NCBI RefSeq assembly: GCF_965261555.1
Contig: NZ_OZ253465.1
Span: 2,547,977-2,611,976, forward strand
From: Candidatus Palauibacter sp.
GTDB lineage: Bacteria; Gemmatimonadota; Gemmatimonadetes; Palauibacterales; Palauibacteraceae
DNA: 64,000 nt
Direction of reading: 5' to 3'
Each line of letters starts with the position of its first letter. Position 1 is the stretch's first letter. The position numbers and the translations under genes are program-made. This document shows, piece by piece, positions 48,813 to 58,386 of the stretch. The notes below the pieces were generated by a model. That model worked only from the letters and a program-made list of their open reading frames with translations. It was not told the origin of the DNA and did no database searches.

Positions 48813-49544
48813 ATGGCGAAGAAACGAAGCAGAGACGGAAGCGAGGACAGCAGGGCGGCCGACGCGAAACGGTCGGTAAGGGAGTTGGCTCGATCGCTGA
48901 TTGTCGCAGCCGCCGGTCTCCTCTTCTTTCGGACATTCCTCCTGGCCACGTCCGTGATCTCCTCGGGGTCGATGGAGGACACGCTTCTCGTCGGCGATTT
49001 TCTGCTTGTGAACAAGGTCGCCCTCGGCACGACGATCCCGTTTACGAACGCGCGCGTGCCGGGATACGCGGAGCCGGAGTACGGGGACATCATCGTGTTC
49101 CGGGCGGACCATTCCCCCGGCATGGATCTCGTGAAGCGCACAGTCGGCCTGCCCGGCGACACTCTCCACATGGAGGGCGGCGTGCTGTATCGGAACGGGG
49201 TTGAGGTCGAGGAATCCTACGTCCGCCGCGATCCACGGCGGCCGGATGGCGGAGACATCCGGATGCTGTGGCAGAGGGAACACCTGATCCCGGACGCGGA
49301 ACGAAGCGAGTACAGGCCTACGCGGGACAATTGGGGGCCGCTCGTCGTCCCCCGAGAGCGCTATTTCATGCTCGGCGACAACCGGGACGACAGTCTCGAT
49401 TCACGGTTCTGGGGCTTCGTCGAGCGCGGGAAGATGCGGGGCAGGCCCTTCTTCATCTACTTCTCATATGATCGGGACGCACTCGAGCCGTTTCGGGTTC
49501 TGACGGCCATGAGACCGGGCAGGCTCGGGCTCCGGCCGCACTGA
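48813..49544 (+). CDS. lepB: signal peptidase I (copy 1)
   Basis: TM anchor, catalytic Ser block SSGSMEDTLLVGDFLLVNK, Lys block VKRTVGLPGD, and GDNRDDSLDSRFWGFV. Confidence 0.85.
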   Translation: MAKKRSRDGSEDSRAADAKRSVRELARSLIVAAAGLLFFRTFLLATSVISSGSMEDTLLVGDFLLVNKVALGTTIPFTNARVPGYAEPEYGDIIVFRADHSPGMDLVKRTVGLPGDTLHMEGGVLYRNGVEVEESYVRRDPRRPDGGDIRMLWQREHLIPDAERSEYRPTRDNWGPLVVPRERYFMLGDNRDDSLDSRFWGFVERGKMRGRPFFIYFSYDRDALEPFRVLTAMRPGRLGLRPH

Positions 49545-49696
49545 CGATGTCCGGACTCGCGGTGCCGGCCTCCGATAGCCGAGGGCCGGATGTTTGCATG
49601 GCGGACGGGTTGGCCGCACCGTAGCGTCCGCACAACCGCAAGATGACGTCCGGCGCTCGATGTGCCGGCGATTTCCCGTGAAGAGCGCTCGGATAC

Positions 49697-50470
49697 ATGG
49701 CACGAGGTCGCAGAGGAAGAGACGGTGCAGGAGAGGCGGACGAAGCCGCGGGAGAGAAGCGGAAACGTCCCCCATCCCCGCCCGTGTTCAGCGCCGAGTG
49801 GTTTCGCGACTGGGGGCGCACGCTGTTCGTTGCGCTCCTCATCTTCCTCTTCTTCCGGACGTTCCTGCTGGCGACCTTCGTGATTACGTCGGGGTCGATG
49901 GAGGGGACGCTCCTCGTCGGCGATTTCCTGCTCGTGAACAAGACGTCGCTCGGTGCGCCGATCCCGTTCACGAACGCCCGCATCCCGGGATACGCGGAGC
50001 CGGAGTACGGGGACATCATCGTGTTCCGGGCGGACCATTCTCCGGGGCTGGATATCGTCAAGCGTACCGTGGGTTTGCCCGGCGACACGCTCCGCATGGA
50101 GGGGGGCCGCCTCTACCGGAACGGCGTAGCGGTCGACGAGCCCTACATCCGCCGGAATCCGCGACAGCGGGATGAGGGGGATGCCCGGATGCAGTGGCAA
50201 CTGCCGCACCTGCTTCCGGATCCGGAGCGGGGCGAGTACGAACCCACGCGGGACAACTGGGGGCCCCTCGTGGTCCCGCCGGAGCGCTACTTCATGCTCG
50301 GGGACAACCGGGACGAGAGCCTCGATTCACGGTTCTGGGGCTTCGTCGAGCGCGGGAAGATGCGGGGCAGGCCCTTCTTCATCTACTTCTCGTACGACCG
50401 GGACGCGCTGAAGCCGGTGAAGTTCCTCACGGCGATGAGGCCGGGAAGGATAGGACCCTCGCCGGACTGA
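49697..50470 (+). CDS. lepB: signal peptidase I (copy 2, tandem paralog)
   Basis: Near-identical blocks to copy 1 (TSGSMEGTLLVGDFLLVNK; VKRTVGLPGD; GDNRDESLDSRFWGFV). Confidence 0.85.
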   Translation: MARGRRGRDGAGEADEAAGEKRKRPPSPPVFSAEWFRDWGRTLFVALLIFLFFRTFLLATFVITSGSMEGTLLVGDFLLVNKTSLGAPIPFTNARIPGYAEPEYGDIIVFRADHSPGLDIVKRTVGLPGDTLRMEGGRLYRNGVAVDEPYIRRNPRQRDEGDARMQWQLPHLLPDPERGEYEPTRDNWGPLVVPPERYFMLGDNRDESLDSRFWGFVERGKMRGRPFFIYFSYDRDALKPVKFLTAMRPGRIGPSPD

Positions 50471-50496
50471 GCGGATCGAGAGTGTGCCGTCCGCCG

Positions 50497-50559
50497 TCAG
50501 AGCTTCTTGATCAGCTTCCGAATGACGAACACGGCGACGACGATGGCGATCTTTTTCAT
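50497..50559 (-). CDS. 20-aa hydrophobic/cationic mini-protein MKKIAIVVAVFVIRKLIKKL (candidate)
   Basis: ATG preceded by GAGGAAAC (SD-like) 5 nt upstream. Single TM-length hydrophobic core plus lysine-rich tail. Lies in an otherwise empty 275-bp intergenic region. Confidence 0.35.
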   Translation of the reverse strand: MKKIAIVVAVFVIRKLIKKL

Positions 50560-50609
50560 CGGGTTTCCTCTTCCCCGCATGGCGTACGCTTCAAGGTGGC
50601 GCGTCCACC

Positions 50610-50649
50610 CCCTGCCGAACAGTGCGTCCGCACCCTGCCGGACAGTACG
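50610..50649. promoter_or_regulatory. 17-nt direct repeat (ccctgccgRacagtRcg x2, 23-nt spacing) upstream of the efflux operon
   Basis: Direct reading: ccctgccgaacagtgcg at 50610..50626 and ccctgccggacagtacg at 50633..50649, about 100 nt upstream of the MFP start. Confidence 0.35.
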
Positions 50650-50745
50650 GGCCGCTCCCGGGTCGAGGTTTCGGCGGCTCTGGCCCGCAGCCGGACGTCG
50701 GGCAACGTTGAGCGGATGGGAGAGGTTCGCAGTCGAGGAGGTGTC

Positions 50746-52251
50746 ATGCGCGTGAACCGGGCGGTCGCCCTTGTGGCGGCGTTCTCGTGTGCGGGGTGTG
50801 ATTCGCCGTCCGCCGACGAGGCGGCGGCAGCCACCCATTCGCATGCCGGCGGCGGCGTCGTGACGCACTGGACCGAGTCGCTCGAACTCTTTGTCGAGTA
50901 CCCTCCGCACGTTCGGGGGGTCGCGAGCGAACCGTGGGGAATCCACCTCACGTGGCTGGCGGACTGGAAGCCGGTGCGGGAGGGGCGCCTCGTGCTGTTG
51001 CTCCGGGGACCCGGCGGCGCCCGCGAAGAGGTCGTCATGCAGGCCCCGGCGAGCCCGGGAACCTACAGCGCGAGCCCGACCCTCACGGTGGTCGGGACAT
51101 GGCGGGCGGACCTGACCCTCACGGCCCGCGGCGCGGACCACGCGATTCCGGTGGGGCAGCTGGAGGTGTTCGCGAGCGAAGATGCGCTCCCGCACGACGT
51201 GGAGCAGCCGCTTCCGGGGCTGATCGCGCTCCTGAAGGAAGAGCAGTGGGCGATGCCGTTCGAGGTTGCGGTCGCGGAGACGCGCCGGATTCCGAACTCG
51301 ATCCCGGTCACGGGGGAGATCACGGCTCCCGCGGGCGGTCTCGCGCACGTCTCGACGCCGGTGGAAGGCCTCGTGCTCGTCCAGGGGCCATCGCCCGCCC
51401 CGGGCGAGGTGGTGCGGGAGGGAGAGACGTTGGCGCTGATCGCCCCCACGAGCCTCCAGGACTCGTACGCCCGCATGCTGGCGGACGTGGTGGAGGCCGA
51501 GCGCGAGGCGGCTCGGGCGGAGCGTCTCTTCGCCGCCGGAGCCATCGCCGAGCGCCGTCTGGAGGAGGCCCACCACAACCTCGAGGTGGCCCGGGCAGCG
51601 TTCGAGGCCGTGGGGGGCAGTCACTCCGCCGACGCGGACGGCGGTTCCGATCCGAACGTCTACCGGCTTCGGAGTCCCATCGGGGGAGTGATCGCGGATC
51701 GTCATGTGGCCCCCGGCGAGCACGTCGCCACCGGGACGCACGCGTTCACGGTGGTGCGGCCCGATCCGCTGTGGTTCGTCGCGCGGGTTCCGGCCCGCCA
51801 CGCCGAAGCGGCCGGCGAAGTCAGCGGCGCGTGGTTCACCGTCGAAGGCGCGACCCAGACGCATGCCGCCGACCGCGTGGTGTCCGTGGGCAGCATCATC
51901 GATCCGGAGAGCCGGGCGCTGCCGGTCCGGTTCGCGGTGGCGAACCCGGGCGGAGTGCTCAAGGTGGGGATGCTCGCCGAGGGACATCTGCTCCTCGGCG
52001 AGCCCGTGGAGGGCGTGGCGGTCCCGACGCCGGCGATCCTGGACGAAGACGGGCTCTCCGTCGTCTACGTGAAAGTCGGCGGCGAAGCGTTCCAGCGGCG
52101 GGTGGTGGAGACCGGCCCCTCGGACGGGTCGTGGACCATCGTTCGCTCCGGCGTTGCGAGCGGGGAACAGGTCGTCGCGGTCGGCGCCTATCAGGTGAGA
52201 CTGGCCTCGCTCGGCGACGTGGAGATCTCGGATCACGGGCATCCGCACTGA
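50746..52251 (+). CDS. efflux RND periplasmic adaptor (membrane-fusion protein, CzcB/CusB-like)
   Basis: SD GAGGAGG then ATG 50746. Lipoprotein-like signal (VALVAAFSCAGCDS), MFP coiled-coil and beta-barrel blocks, His-rich C-terminus (SDHGHPH). Confidence 0.8.
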   Translation: MRVNRAVALVAAFSCAGCDSPSADEAAAATHSHAGGGVVTHWTESLELFVEYPPHVRGVASEPWGIHLTWLADWKPVREGRLVLLLRGPGGAREEVVMQAPASPGTYSASPTLTVVGTWRADLTLTARGADHAIPVGQLEVFASEDALPHDVEQPLPGLIALLKEEQWAMPFEVAVAETRRIPNSIPVTGEITAPAGGLAHVSTPVEGLVLVQGPSPAPGEVVREGETLALIAPTSLQDSYARMLADVVEAEREAARAERLFAAGAIAERRLEEAHHNLEVARAAFEAVGGSHSADADGGSDPNVYRLRSPIGGVIADRHVAPGEHVATGTHAFTVVRPDPLWFVARVPARHAEAAGEVSGAWFTVEGATQTHAADRVVSVGSIIDPESRALPVRFAVANPGGVLKVGMLAEGHLLLGEPVEGVAVPTPAILDEDGLSVVYVKVGGEAFQRRVVETGPSDGSWTIVRSGVASGEQVVAVGAYQVRLASLGDVEISDHGHPH

Positions 52252-52261
52252 GGACGCCGGG

Positions 52262-55200
52262 ATGACTGCCACCGGACCGGCGGGAGATCGGCCGGGACTC
52301 CTGCACGGACTGCTCGACCGGCTCGTCCATGCCTCGCTGGAGAACCGCTTCCTCGCCGTGGCCGCCGGAGCCCTCCTCCTGGCGGGCGGGGGCTGGGTGG
52401 GGGCCACGCTGCCCGTCGATGTCTTTCCCGACCTCACCGCTCCCACGGTGACCGTGCTCAGCGACGCCCACGGACTCGCCCCGGAAGAGGTCGAGAGTCT
52501 CGTCACCTTCCCGGTCGAAACCGCGGTGAACGGAGCGGCCGGCGTGCGCCGGGTCCGGTCGAGTTCGGCGCAGGGGATCAGCATCGTCTGGGTGGATTTC
52601 GATTGGGGGACGGACATCCTCCGCGCCCGGCAGATCGTGAACGAGCGGCTTCAACTCGCCACGGCCCAGCTCCCCGACGACGTGAGCGCGCCCGTCCTCG
52701 CGCCCGTGAGTTCGATCATGGGGGAGATCCTGCTCGTCGGCATGAGCGCGCCCGCCCCGCAACTCATGGAGGCGCGGACGGCGGCCGACTGGACCGTGCG
52801 GCGAAGGCTGCTCGCCGTGCCCGGAGTCTCGCAGGTGGTCGCGATCGGCGGACAGGTTCGCCAGTACCAGATCCTGGTCCGTCCCGAGCGCCTGCTCGCA
52901 TACGGCGTCGGGCTCGACCAGGTGCTCGAGGCGGCGGCGGGCTCGAACCGGAACGCCTCCGGAGGCGTCTATCGCTCGGGCGGGCGCGAGATCCTGATCC
53001 GCGGCATCGGTCGCGCGCGCGACCTGGAGGAGATCGGCCTCACCGTCGTCGCCGTGCGGGAGGGAGTACCCGTCCTCATCGAGGACCTGGCGGAGGTTCG
53101 GATCGGTCCGCGTGTCCGGCTCGGCACCGCTTCCGTGAACGCCGAGCCCGCCGTCGTGCTCTCGATCCAGAAGCAGCCTGGGGCCAACACGCTGGAACTG
53201 ACGGAGCGGATCGACGCCGAACTGAATGAAATCGAAGCGGAACTCCCGGCGGGCGTGGCCTTCGAGCGGTCCGTGTTCCGGCAGGCCGATTTCATATCGC
53301 TCGCCGTGGAGAACGTGATCGAAGCCCTGCGCGACGGGGCGCTGCTCGTCATCGCAGTGCTCCTGCTCTTCCTTTGGAACCTGAGGACGACGGCGATTTC
53401 CGTGCTCGCGATCCCGCTCTCGCTCGCCCTGGCCGTCATCGTGCTGCGGCTCCTCGGGGGCACCATCAACACGATGACGCTGGGAGGCATGGCCATCGCC
53501 ATCGGCGCCCTCGTCGATGACGCGATCATCGTCGTCGAGAACGTGTACCGCCGCCTGCGCGAAGACCGCCGCCGGCCGCCGGAGCGCCGACGGCGACCGC
53601 TGTCCCTCATCCGGGATGCGGCGCGGGAGATCCGGAACCCGATCCTCAGCGCGACGCTCATCATCTCCATCGTCTTCGTCCCGCTCTTCTTCCTCTCCGG
53701 CGTGGAAGGGCGGATGCTCCGACCGCTCGGACTCGCCTACATCGTGAGCATTCTGTCGTCTCTGCTCGTCGCGGTCACGGTGACGCCGGCCCTCTGCCAC
53801 ATGCTTCTGCCGGGGGATCGGGCCATCGGCCGCCCGCGCGACCCGTGGCTGATGCGGGGGCTCGAACGGGCGTACGGGCGCATCCTCGACGCCGCGCTTC
53901 ACCGTTCCGGGGCCGTGCTCGGCGGCGCGGCGCTCCTGCTCGTCGGCACCCTGGCTCTCGTGCCCTCGCTGGGGCGCGGATTCCTGCCCGAGTTCCAGGA
54001 GGGGACGCTGACCATCTCCGTCGTGAGTCTGCCCGGGACGTCGCTGGTGGAGTCCGACGCGATCGGGGCCCGCGTGGAGCGCCAGCTTCTGGCGCATCCG
54101 GCCGTCGTCTCAACGTCGCGGCGGACCGGCCGGGCCGAACTCGACGAGCACGCGCAGGGCGCCAACGCCTCCGAGGTCGACGCGCGACTGGACCTCTCGG
54201 AACACGACCTGGAGGAGGTCATGGCCGCGCTCCGGGACGATTTGGCCGGGCTTCCCGGGACGAACGTCACGATCGGACAGCCGATCGGACACCGGATCGA
54301 CCACATGCTCTCGGGCACGCGGGCCGCCATCGCGGCGAACCTGTTCGGGCCCGACCTCCGGCAACTGCGCGACATCGCCGGCGAGATCGAGACGGTCGCG
54401 GGCACCGTCGGGGGCCTCGTGGACGTCTCCGTCGAGAGGCAGGCGGACATCCCCCAGCTTCAGGTCCGCGCCGACCGCCGCGCCATGGCCCGTCACGGCG
54501 TCACGCCGGCCGAAATGGCCGCGGCCGTCGACGTCGCGTTTCAGGGGGAGGAGGTGTCGCTCATCCGGGAGGGGGACCGCGCCTTCGACCTCGTGGTGCG
54601 CTACGCGGACGAGCACCGCACGGACCCCGAGGCGATCGGCGGGACGCTGATGACGACCCCGTCGGGCACCACCGTGCCGCTCTCGCAGCTCGCATCGATC
54701 GTGCCGTCGCTGGGGCCCAACACGATCAGCCGGGAGAACGTGCAGCGGAAGATCGTCGTGAGCGCGAACGTCGCCGGGCGCGACGTCGGCGGGGCGGCGG
54801 AGGAGCTTCAGGCGCGCGTCGCCGCGGAGGTCGAACTGCCGCCGGGCTACTACGTCCAGTACGGCGGCCAGTTCGAGAGCGGACGGGAGGCGACGCGGCG
54901 GATCACGCTGCTCTCGCTGTTCTCGATCGCCGCCATCTTCCTCATCATGTTCCGGGCCTTCGGGAGCGCCCGGATCGCGGTTCTGCTCATGGTGAACCTG
55001 CCTCTGGCGCTGGCGGGCGGCGTGCTCGCGGTCCTGCTCATCGGCGGCACGGTGAACATCGCGACCCTGGTCGGGTTCATCACGCTGTTCGGCATCGCGG
55101 TGAGAAACGGGATCCTTCTCGTGAGCCGCTATCAGGATCTGCGTGCGGCGGGCGCCGGGCTCGGCCCGAGCATCCGGCGCGGCTCCATGGAACGTCTCAG

Positions 55201-55426
55201 CCCGATCCTCATGACGGCGCTCACGGCGGGCCTCGCGCTCGTTCCGCTCGCTCTGGGCATTGGCGAACCGGGCAAGGAGATCCAGGCCCCGCTCGCCGTC
55301 GTCGTCCTCGGGGGGCTCGTGACCTCCACCACGCTCAACATGGTTGTCGTTCCGGCCCTCTTCCTGCGCTTCGCCGGATCGGTCAGCGTAAGCGGTCCCG
55401 GCTCCTTCAGCGGAAGCGGTCGATAG
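52262..55426 (+). CDS. heavy-metal efflux RND permease (CzcA/CusA family)
   Basis: 1054 aa, 12-TM RND architecture with HME-family N-terminus (LENRFLAVAAGALLLAGGGWVGATLPVDVFPDLTAPTVTVLSD). Confidence 0.9.
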   Translation: MTATGPAGDRPGLLHGLLDRLVHASLENRFLAVAAGALLLAGGGWVGATLPVDVFPDLTAPTVTVLSDAHGLAPEEVESLVTFPVETAVNGAAGVRRVRSSSAQGISIVWVDFDWGTDILRARQIVNERLQLATAQLPDDVSAPVLAPVSSIMGEILLVGMSAPAPQLMEARTAADWTVRRRLLAVPGVSQVVAIGGQVRQYQILVRPERLLAYGVGLDQVLEAAAGSNRNASGGVYRSGGREILIRGIGRARDLEEIGLTVVAVREGVPVLIEDLAEVRIGPRVRLGTASVNAEPAVVLSIQKQPGANTLELTERIDAELNEIEAELPAGVAFERSVFRQADFISLAVENVIEALRDGALLVIAVLLLFLWNLRTTAISVLAIPLSLALAVIVLRLLGGTINTMTLGGMAIAIGALVDDAIIVVENVYRRLREDRRRPPERRRRPLSLIRDAAREIRNPILSATLIISIVFVPLFFLSGVEGRMLRPLGLAYIVSILSSLLVAVTVTPALCHMLLPGDRAIGRPRDPWLMRGLERAYGRILDAALHRSGAVLGGAALLLVGTLALVPSLGRGFLPEFQEGTLTISVVSLPGTSLVESDAIGARVERQLLAHPAVVSTSRRTGRAELDEHAQGANASEVDARLDLSEHDLEEVMAALRDDLAGLPGTNVTIGQPIGHRIDHMLSGTRAAIAANLFGPDLRQLRDIAGEIETVAGTVGGLVDVSVERQADIPQLQVRADRRAMARHGVTPAEMAAAVDVAFQGEEVSLIREGDRAFDLVVRYADEHRTDPEAIGGTLMTTPSGTTVPLSQLASIVPSLGPNTISRENVQRKIVVSANVAGRDVGGAAEELQARVAAEVELPPGYYVQYGGQFESGREATRRITLLSLFSIAAIFLIMFRAFGSARIAVLLMVNLPLALAGGVLAVLLIGGTVNIATLVGFITLFGIAVRNGILLVSRYQDLRAAGAGLGPSIRRGSMERLSPILMTALTAGLALVPLALGIGEPGKEIQAPLAVVVLGGLVTSTTLNMVVVPALFLRFAGSVSVSGPGSFSGSGR

Positions 55427-56525
55427 AGAAGGGGGACGGATCCCGGGAGGGCGGCTCGTCCGTGAGGAGGTCCGCCATCAGCGCTCCGAGGACCGGCAGA
55501 AACTTGAACGCGTGGCCGGAGCCCCCCGTGAAGATCGCGACGCGGGAGTTGTCGGGGTGGCGGTCGAGGATGAAGTTCTCGTCCGGCGTGTTGGTGTAGA
55601 GACAGACGGACGCGTGAGTCAGTGCGCCCGCCACGCCCGGCGCGTACCGCGCGAACAGCCTTCGCAGATCCTCCGTCTCGGAGGCGCCGACCTCGCGGTC
55701 GACCCGCTCGACATCGGTCCCGCGTCCGGCCTGAAAGTGCATCCCCGCCTTGAGACCTCGCGCACTCGGCGGGAATCCGTACCACGTCCCCTCGCGTTCG
55801 AGTTCCCACACCCATGCGGGACCCTCCGCGAGCGCGTCCGAATGCGCCCCGGCGGGCTCGAACCAGTACTGCACCGTGCGCTCCACCTCGAGCGGGAGAG
55901 AAAGCCCGGGGAGCAGTTGCGGCGTCCAGGCCCCCGCGGTGATCGCGAGGCGCCGCGCCGGGTACTCTCCCCGTTCGGTCCGGACTCGGACGCCCGAGGC
56001 CGAAGCGGACCACTCGATCGCGGGTTCGTCGAAGCGTAGCTCCGCGCCCTCGGCGGCCTCCAGCGTCGCCTCGAGGCAGGCCTCCAGCGAGAGGATCGCG
56101 GCACCCGGTTCGTGGATCGTGACGGTCCCGGGATCCGGTCGGAGCCAGGGAAAGCGCTCGACGACCTCCTCGACGGAGAGGAGGATGTCGTCGGCGTTCG
56201 GCCGCGCGGCGTCGCGAAGCGGGCTCCCCGCGAATACGCGGCCGTTTTCCGGCCCCATCATGAGGGCGCCCGCCGTCCGCAGCAGCGTCCTGCCGGACGT
56301 ACGCTCGAGATCTGCCCAGCGGCGCCGGGCATCACGGACGAGCGGCATGTACGGAGACCCCCGGTACCACGCCTCGCGGATCATCCGCGTCTCGCTGTGC
56401 GCGGACCCCATGGTGTGCGGGGGCGTGTAACGGTCGAATCCGACCACCGAGTGTCCCCGCCGGACGAGTTCGGCGGCCGTCGCGCCTCCGATGGCTCCGA
56501 GCCCGATGACGGCGAAGTCGTGCAC
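55407..56525 (-). CDS. FAD-dependent oxidase, N-methyltryptophan/sarcosine oxidase (MSOX/MTOX)-like
   Basis: Proposed GTG start gives VHDFAVIGLGAIGGATAAELVRRGHSVVGFDR (Rossmann GxGxxG), with DAO-family blocks later. The start is an inference. Confidence 0.65.
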   Translation of the reverse strand: MHDFAVIGLGAIGGATAAELVRRGHSVVGFDRYTPPHTMGSAHSETRMIREAWYRGSPYMPLVRDARRRWADLERTSGRTLLRTAGALMMGPENGRVFAGSPLRDAARPNADDILLSVEEVVERFPWLRPDPGTVTIHEPGAAILSLEACLEATLEAAEGAELRFDEPAIEWSASASGVRVRTERGEYPARRLAITAGAWTPQLLPGLSLPLEVERTVQYWFEPAGAHSDALAEGPAWVWELEREGTWYGFPPSARGLKAGMHFQAGRGTDVERVDREVGASETEDLRRLFARYAPGVAGALTHASVCLYTNTPDENFILDRHPDNSRVAIFTGGSGHAFKFLPVLGALMADLLTDEPPSRDPSPFSIDRFR

Positions 56526-56541
56526 GAGGCTCCCGGCCCGC

Positions 56542-58386
56542 TCAGTGCCCGATTCTGGGGAAGGAGAGGCGCTGCTCCGCCTCCACCACGGAGACCGCCC
56601 TCGCGACCCCGTCGGCGACCTCGAACTCGAACTGCACGGCGGAACCGTGCAGGAGGAAGATCGTCGGGGACTGCGGGAGGAGTCGGAACGCCGCCTCGCC
56701 GGTGCGCGCGGCCGTGAGAACGCCATCCTCGAGCGTCACGGTCAGCGTCGTGGCCGGGTCGATGCGGTACTCGCCCACGAAGAGGGACAGACTCCCGGGC
56801 TCGGCGCGCACGATGGGGAGCGTGAGCGCCGGATCCGGCTCGACCCCCAGCTCCGACAGACGCTCCAGGAGCCGGGGCATCCCGGGCGCGTACGTGAGCG
56901 CCTCCCGGATGTGGGCGGACGCCGCCTCCCGATCCCCGGCCCCTTCGTGAAGCTCGGAGAGCGCGAAGCGGATCGCGGGGGGTTCGGGCGTCTCCGCCGC
57001 GTAGGCTTCGAGGATCGCAATGGCCGTGGCCGGCTCGCTCTCCCGGAAATGGCCCGCGAGCCTCAGGATCTGGCCGGTGGAGTAGTCGTATTCCTCCGGC
57101 CGCGTGCGCCGCCAGTTCTCGTACCTCGACATCGCCGCCTCGACCCCGCCTGCCTCGACGATCGGCAGCAGCCGTTCCGCGATCGACGGTTTCGGGCGAA
57201 CGGCTTCGGCGCCCCACAGCAGGTTCGTCAACCCCTCCAGGACCGGTCCCAGGTCGGAGGATGTGTTGTCCATCAGCACGATGAGGCGTCCGTAGTCCGG
57301 GAAGACGCGCAGGTAGGAGGAGAAGCCGAAGATCCCTCCCGAGTGTTCGATCACGCGCACGCCATGGTCGTCTCCGATATCCCGCGTCCGCACGCCCACG
57401 CCGTACCCGTACGACCCGGATTCGAGGCCGGGCGTCGTCATGCGCGCCAGCGTCTCCGGGTCGCGGAACAGGCCTCCTTCGACGAAGAGGCCGGCCGCCC
57501 AGCGAGAGAGGTCGCCGACGGTGGAGTACAGCATGCCGGCGGCATGGGGCACCGTCGGGTCGATGAGGCGCGCCGGCCGGTAGCCGGCGAGGTCGCGCGT
57601 GTGGCCGGCCGCGTGGCCCTCCGGCGGCCACAGCGCATGATCGTACCCCGTATCGCTCAACTCCAGCGGTCCGAGCACATACGTGCGGAGAGCCTCGTCG
57701 TAGCTCAGGCCCGTGACCCGTTCCGCGATCCAGCCCAGGAGCACGTAGCCCGAGTTGGAGTACTCGAAGTCCGTGCCCGGTTCGAAGGAGAGCGGCTCCT
57801 CCCATGTGAGCGCGACGATCTCGCCCGGCGAAAACGGCGTCGCGGCCTCCCACTCCAGGAACCCCGGCATGTTCGTGTGGCTCGGCAGCCCGGAGGTGTG
57901 CGTGAGCAGGTGGTGGAGCGTGATCCGTTCCGCGTTTTCCGGCGGATATTCCTCGATGTGGCGGCCCACCGGGTCCTCGACCCGCAGCAGCCCCTCCTCC
58001 TCGAGTCTCAGGATGAGCGCGGCCGTGAACTGCTTCGTCAGCGATGCGACGCGGAACCGGGTGTCGAGGGTGTTGCGGCCGCCGCCGGCGAAGTCGGATT
58101 CGCCGAACGCGCCCTCGAACAGCACCTGGCCCTCGTCGACGATCAGGGCCGCACCGTTGAAAAGCCTCAGGTCATGGAAGGACCGGAGGTAGCCTTCCGC
58201 GCGGTCCGCACGCCCCTGCGCCTCGACGGCGGACGCGAGCCCGGACGCGAGTCCGAGCGCGAGCGCCGCGGCGAGACCGTACTTCCAGGATGATTTCCGA
58301 CGCGGGTCCAAGCGGGATCCTCCCGTGGGCGACAAAGGGACCGGAACGCTCGCGTCCCCCGAACGAAAGAGATAGGATCGCATCAT
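56542..58386 (-). CDS. serine hydrolase (class C beta-lactamase/PBP-like) with C-terminal helical-repeat domain
   Basis: S-x-x-K motif in FRVASLTKQFTAALIL, YSNSGY (YxN) and HSGG. Signal peptide about 30 aa in; the listed ATG overlaps the divergent decarboxylase ATG, so the start is uncertain. Confidence 0.7.
   Translation of the reverse strand: MMRSYLFRSGDASVPVPLSPTGGSRLDPRRKSSWKYGLAAALALGLASGLASAVEAQGRADRAEGYLRSFHDLRLFNGAALIVDEGQVLFEGAFGESDFAGGGRNTLDTRFRVASLTKQFTAALILRLEEEGLLRVEDPVGRHIEEYPPENAERITLHHLLTHTSGLPSHTNMPGFLEWEAATPFSPGEIVALTWEEPLSFEPGTDFEYSNSGYVLLGWIAERVTGLSYDEALRTYVLGPLELSDTGYDHALWPPEGHAAGHTRDLAGYRPARLIDPTVPHAAGMLYSTVGDLSRWAAGLFVEGGLFRDPETLARMTTPGLESGSYGYGVGVRTRDIGDDHGVRVIEHSGGIFGFSSYLRVFPDYGRLIVLMDNTSSDLGPVLEGLTNLLWGAEAVRPKPSIAERLLPIVEAGGVEAAMSRYENWRRTRPEEYDYSTGQILRLAGHFRESEPATAIAILEAYAAETPEPPAIRFALSELHEGAGDREAASAHIREALTYAPGMPRLLERLSELGVEPDPALTLPIVRAEPGSLSLFVGEYRIDPATTLTVTLEDGVLTAARTGEAAFRLLPQSPTIFLLHGSAVQFEFEVADGVARAVSVVEAEQRLSFPRIGH

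Noticed and set aside
50497-52617. 706-aa minus-strand ORF
   Set aside because: Antisense to the MFP gene. Only the terminal 20-codon MKKIAIVVAVFVIRKLIKKL piece, which has its own SD, looks potentially real.
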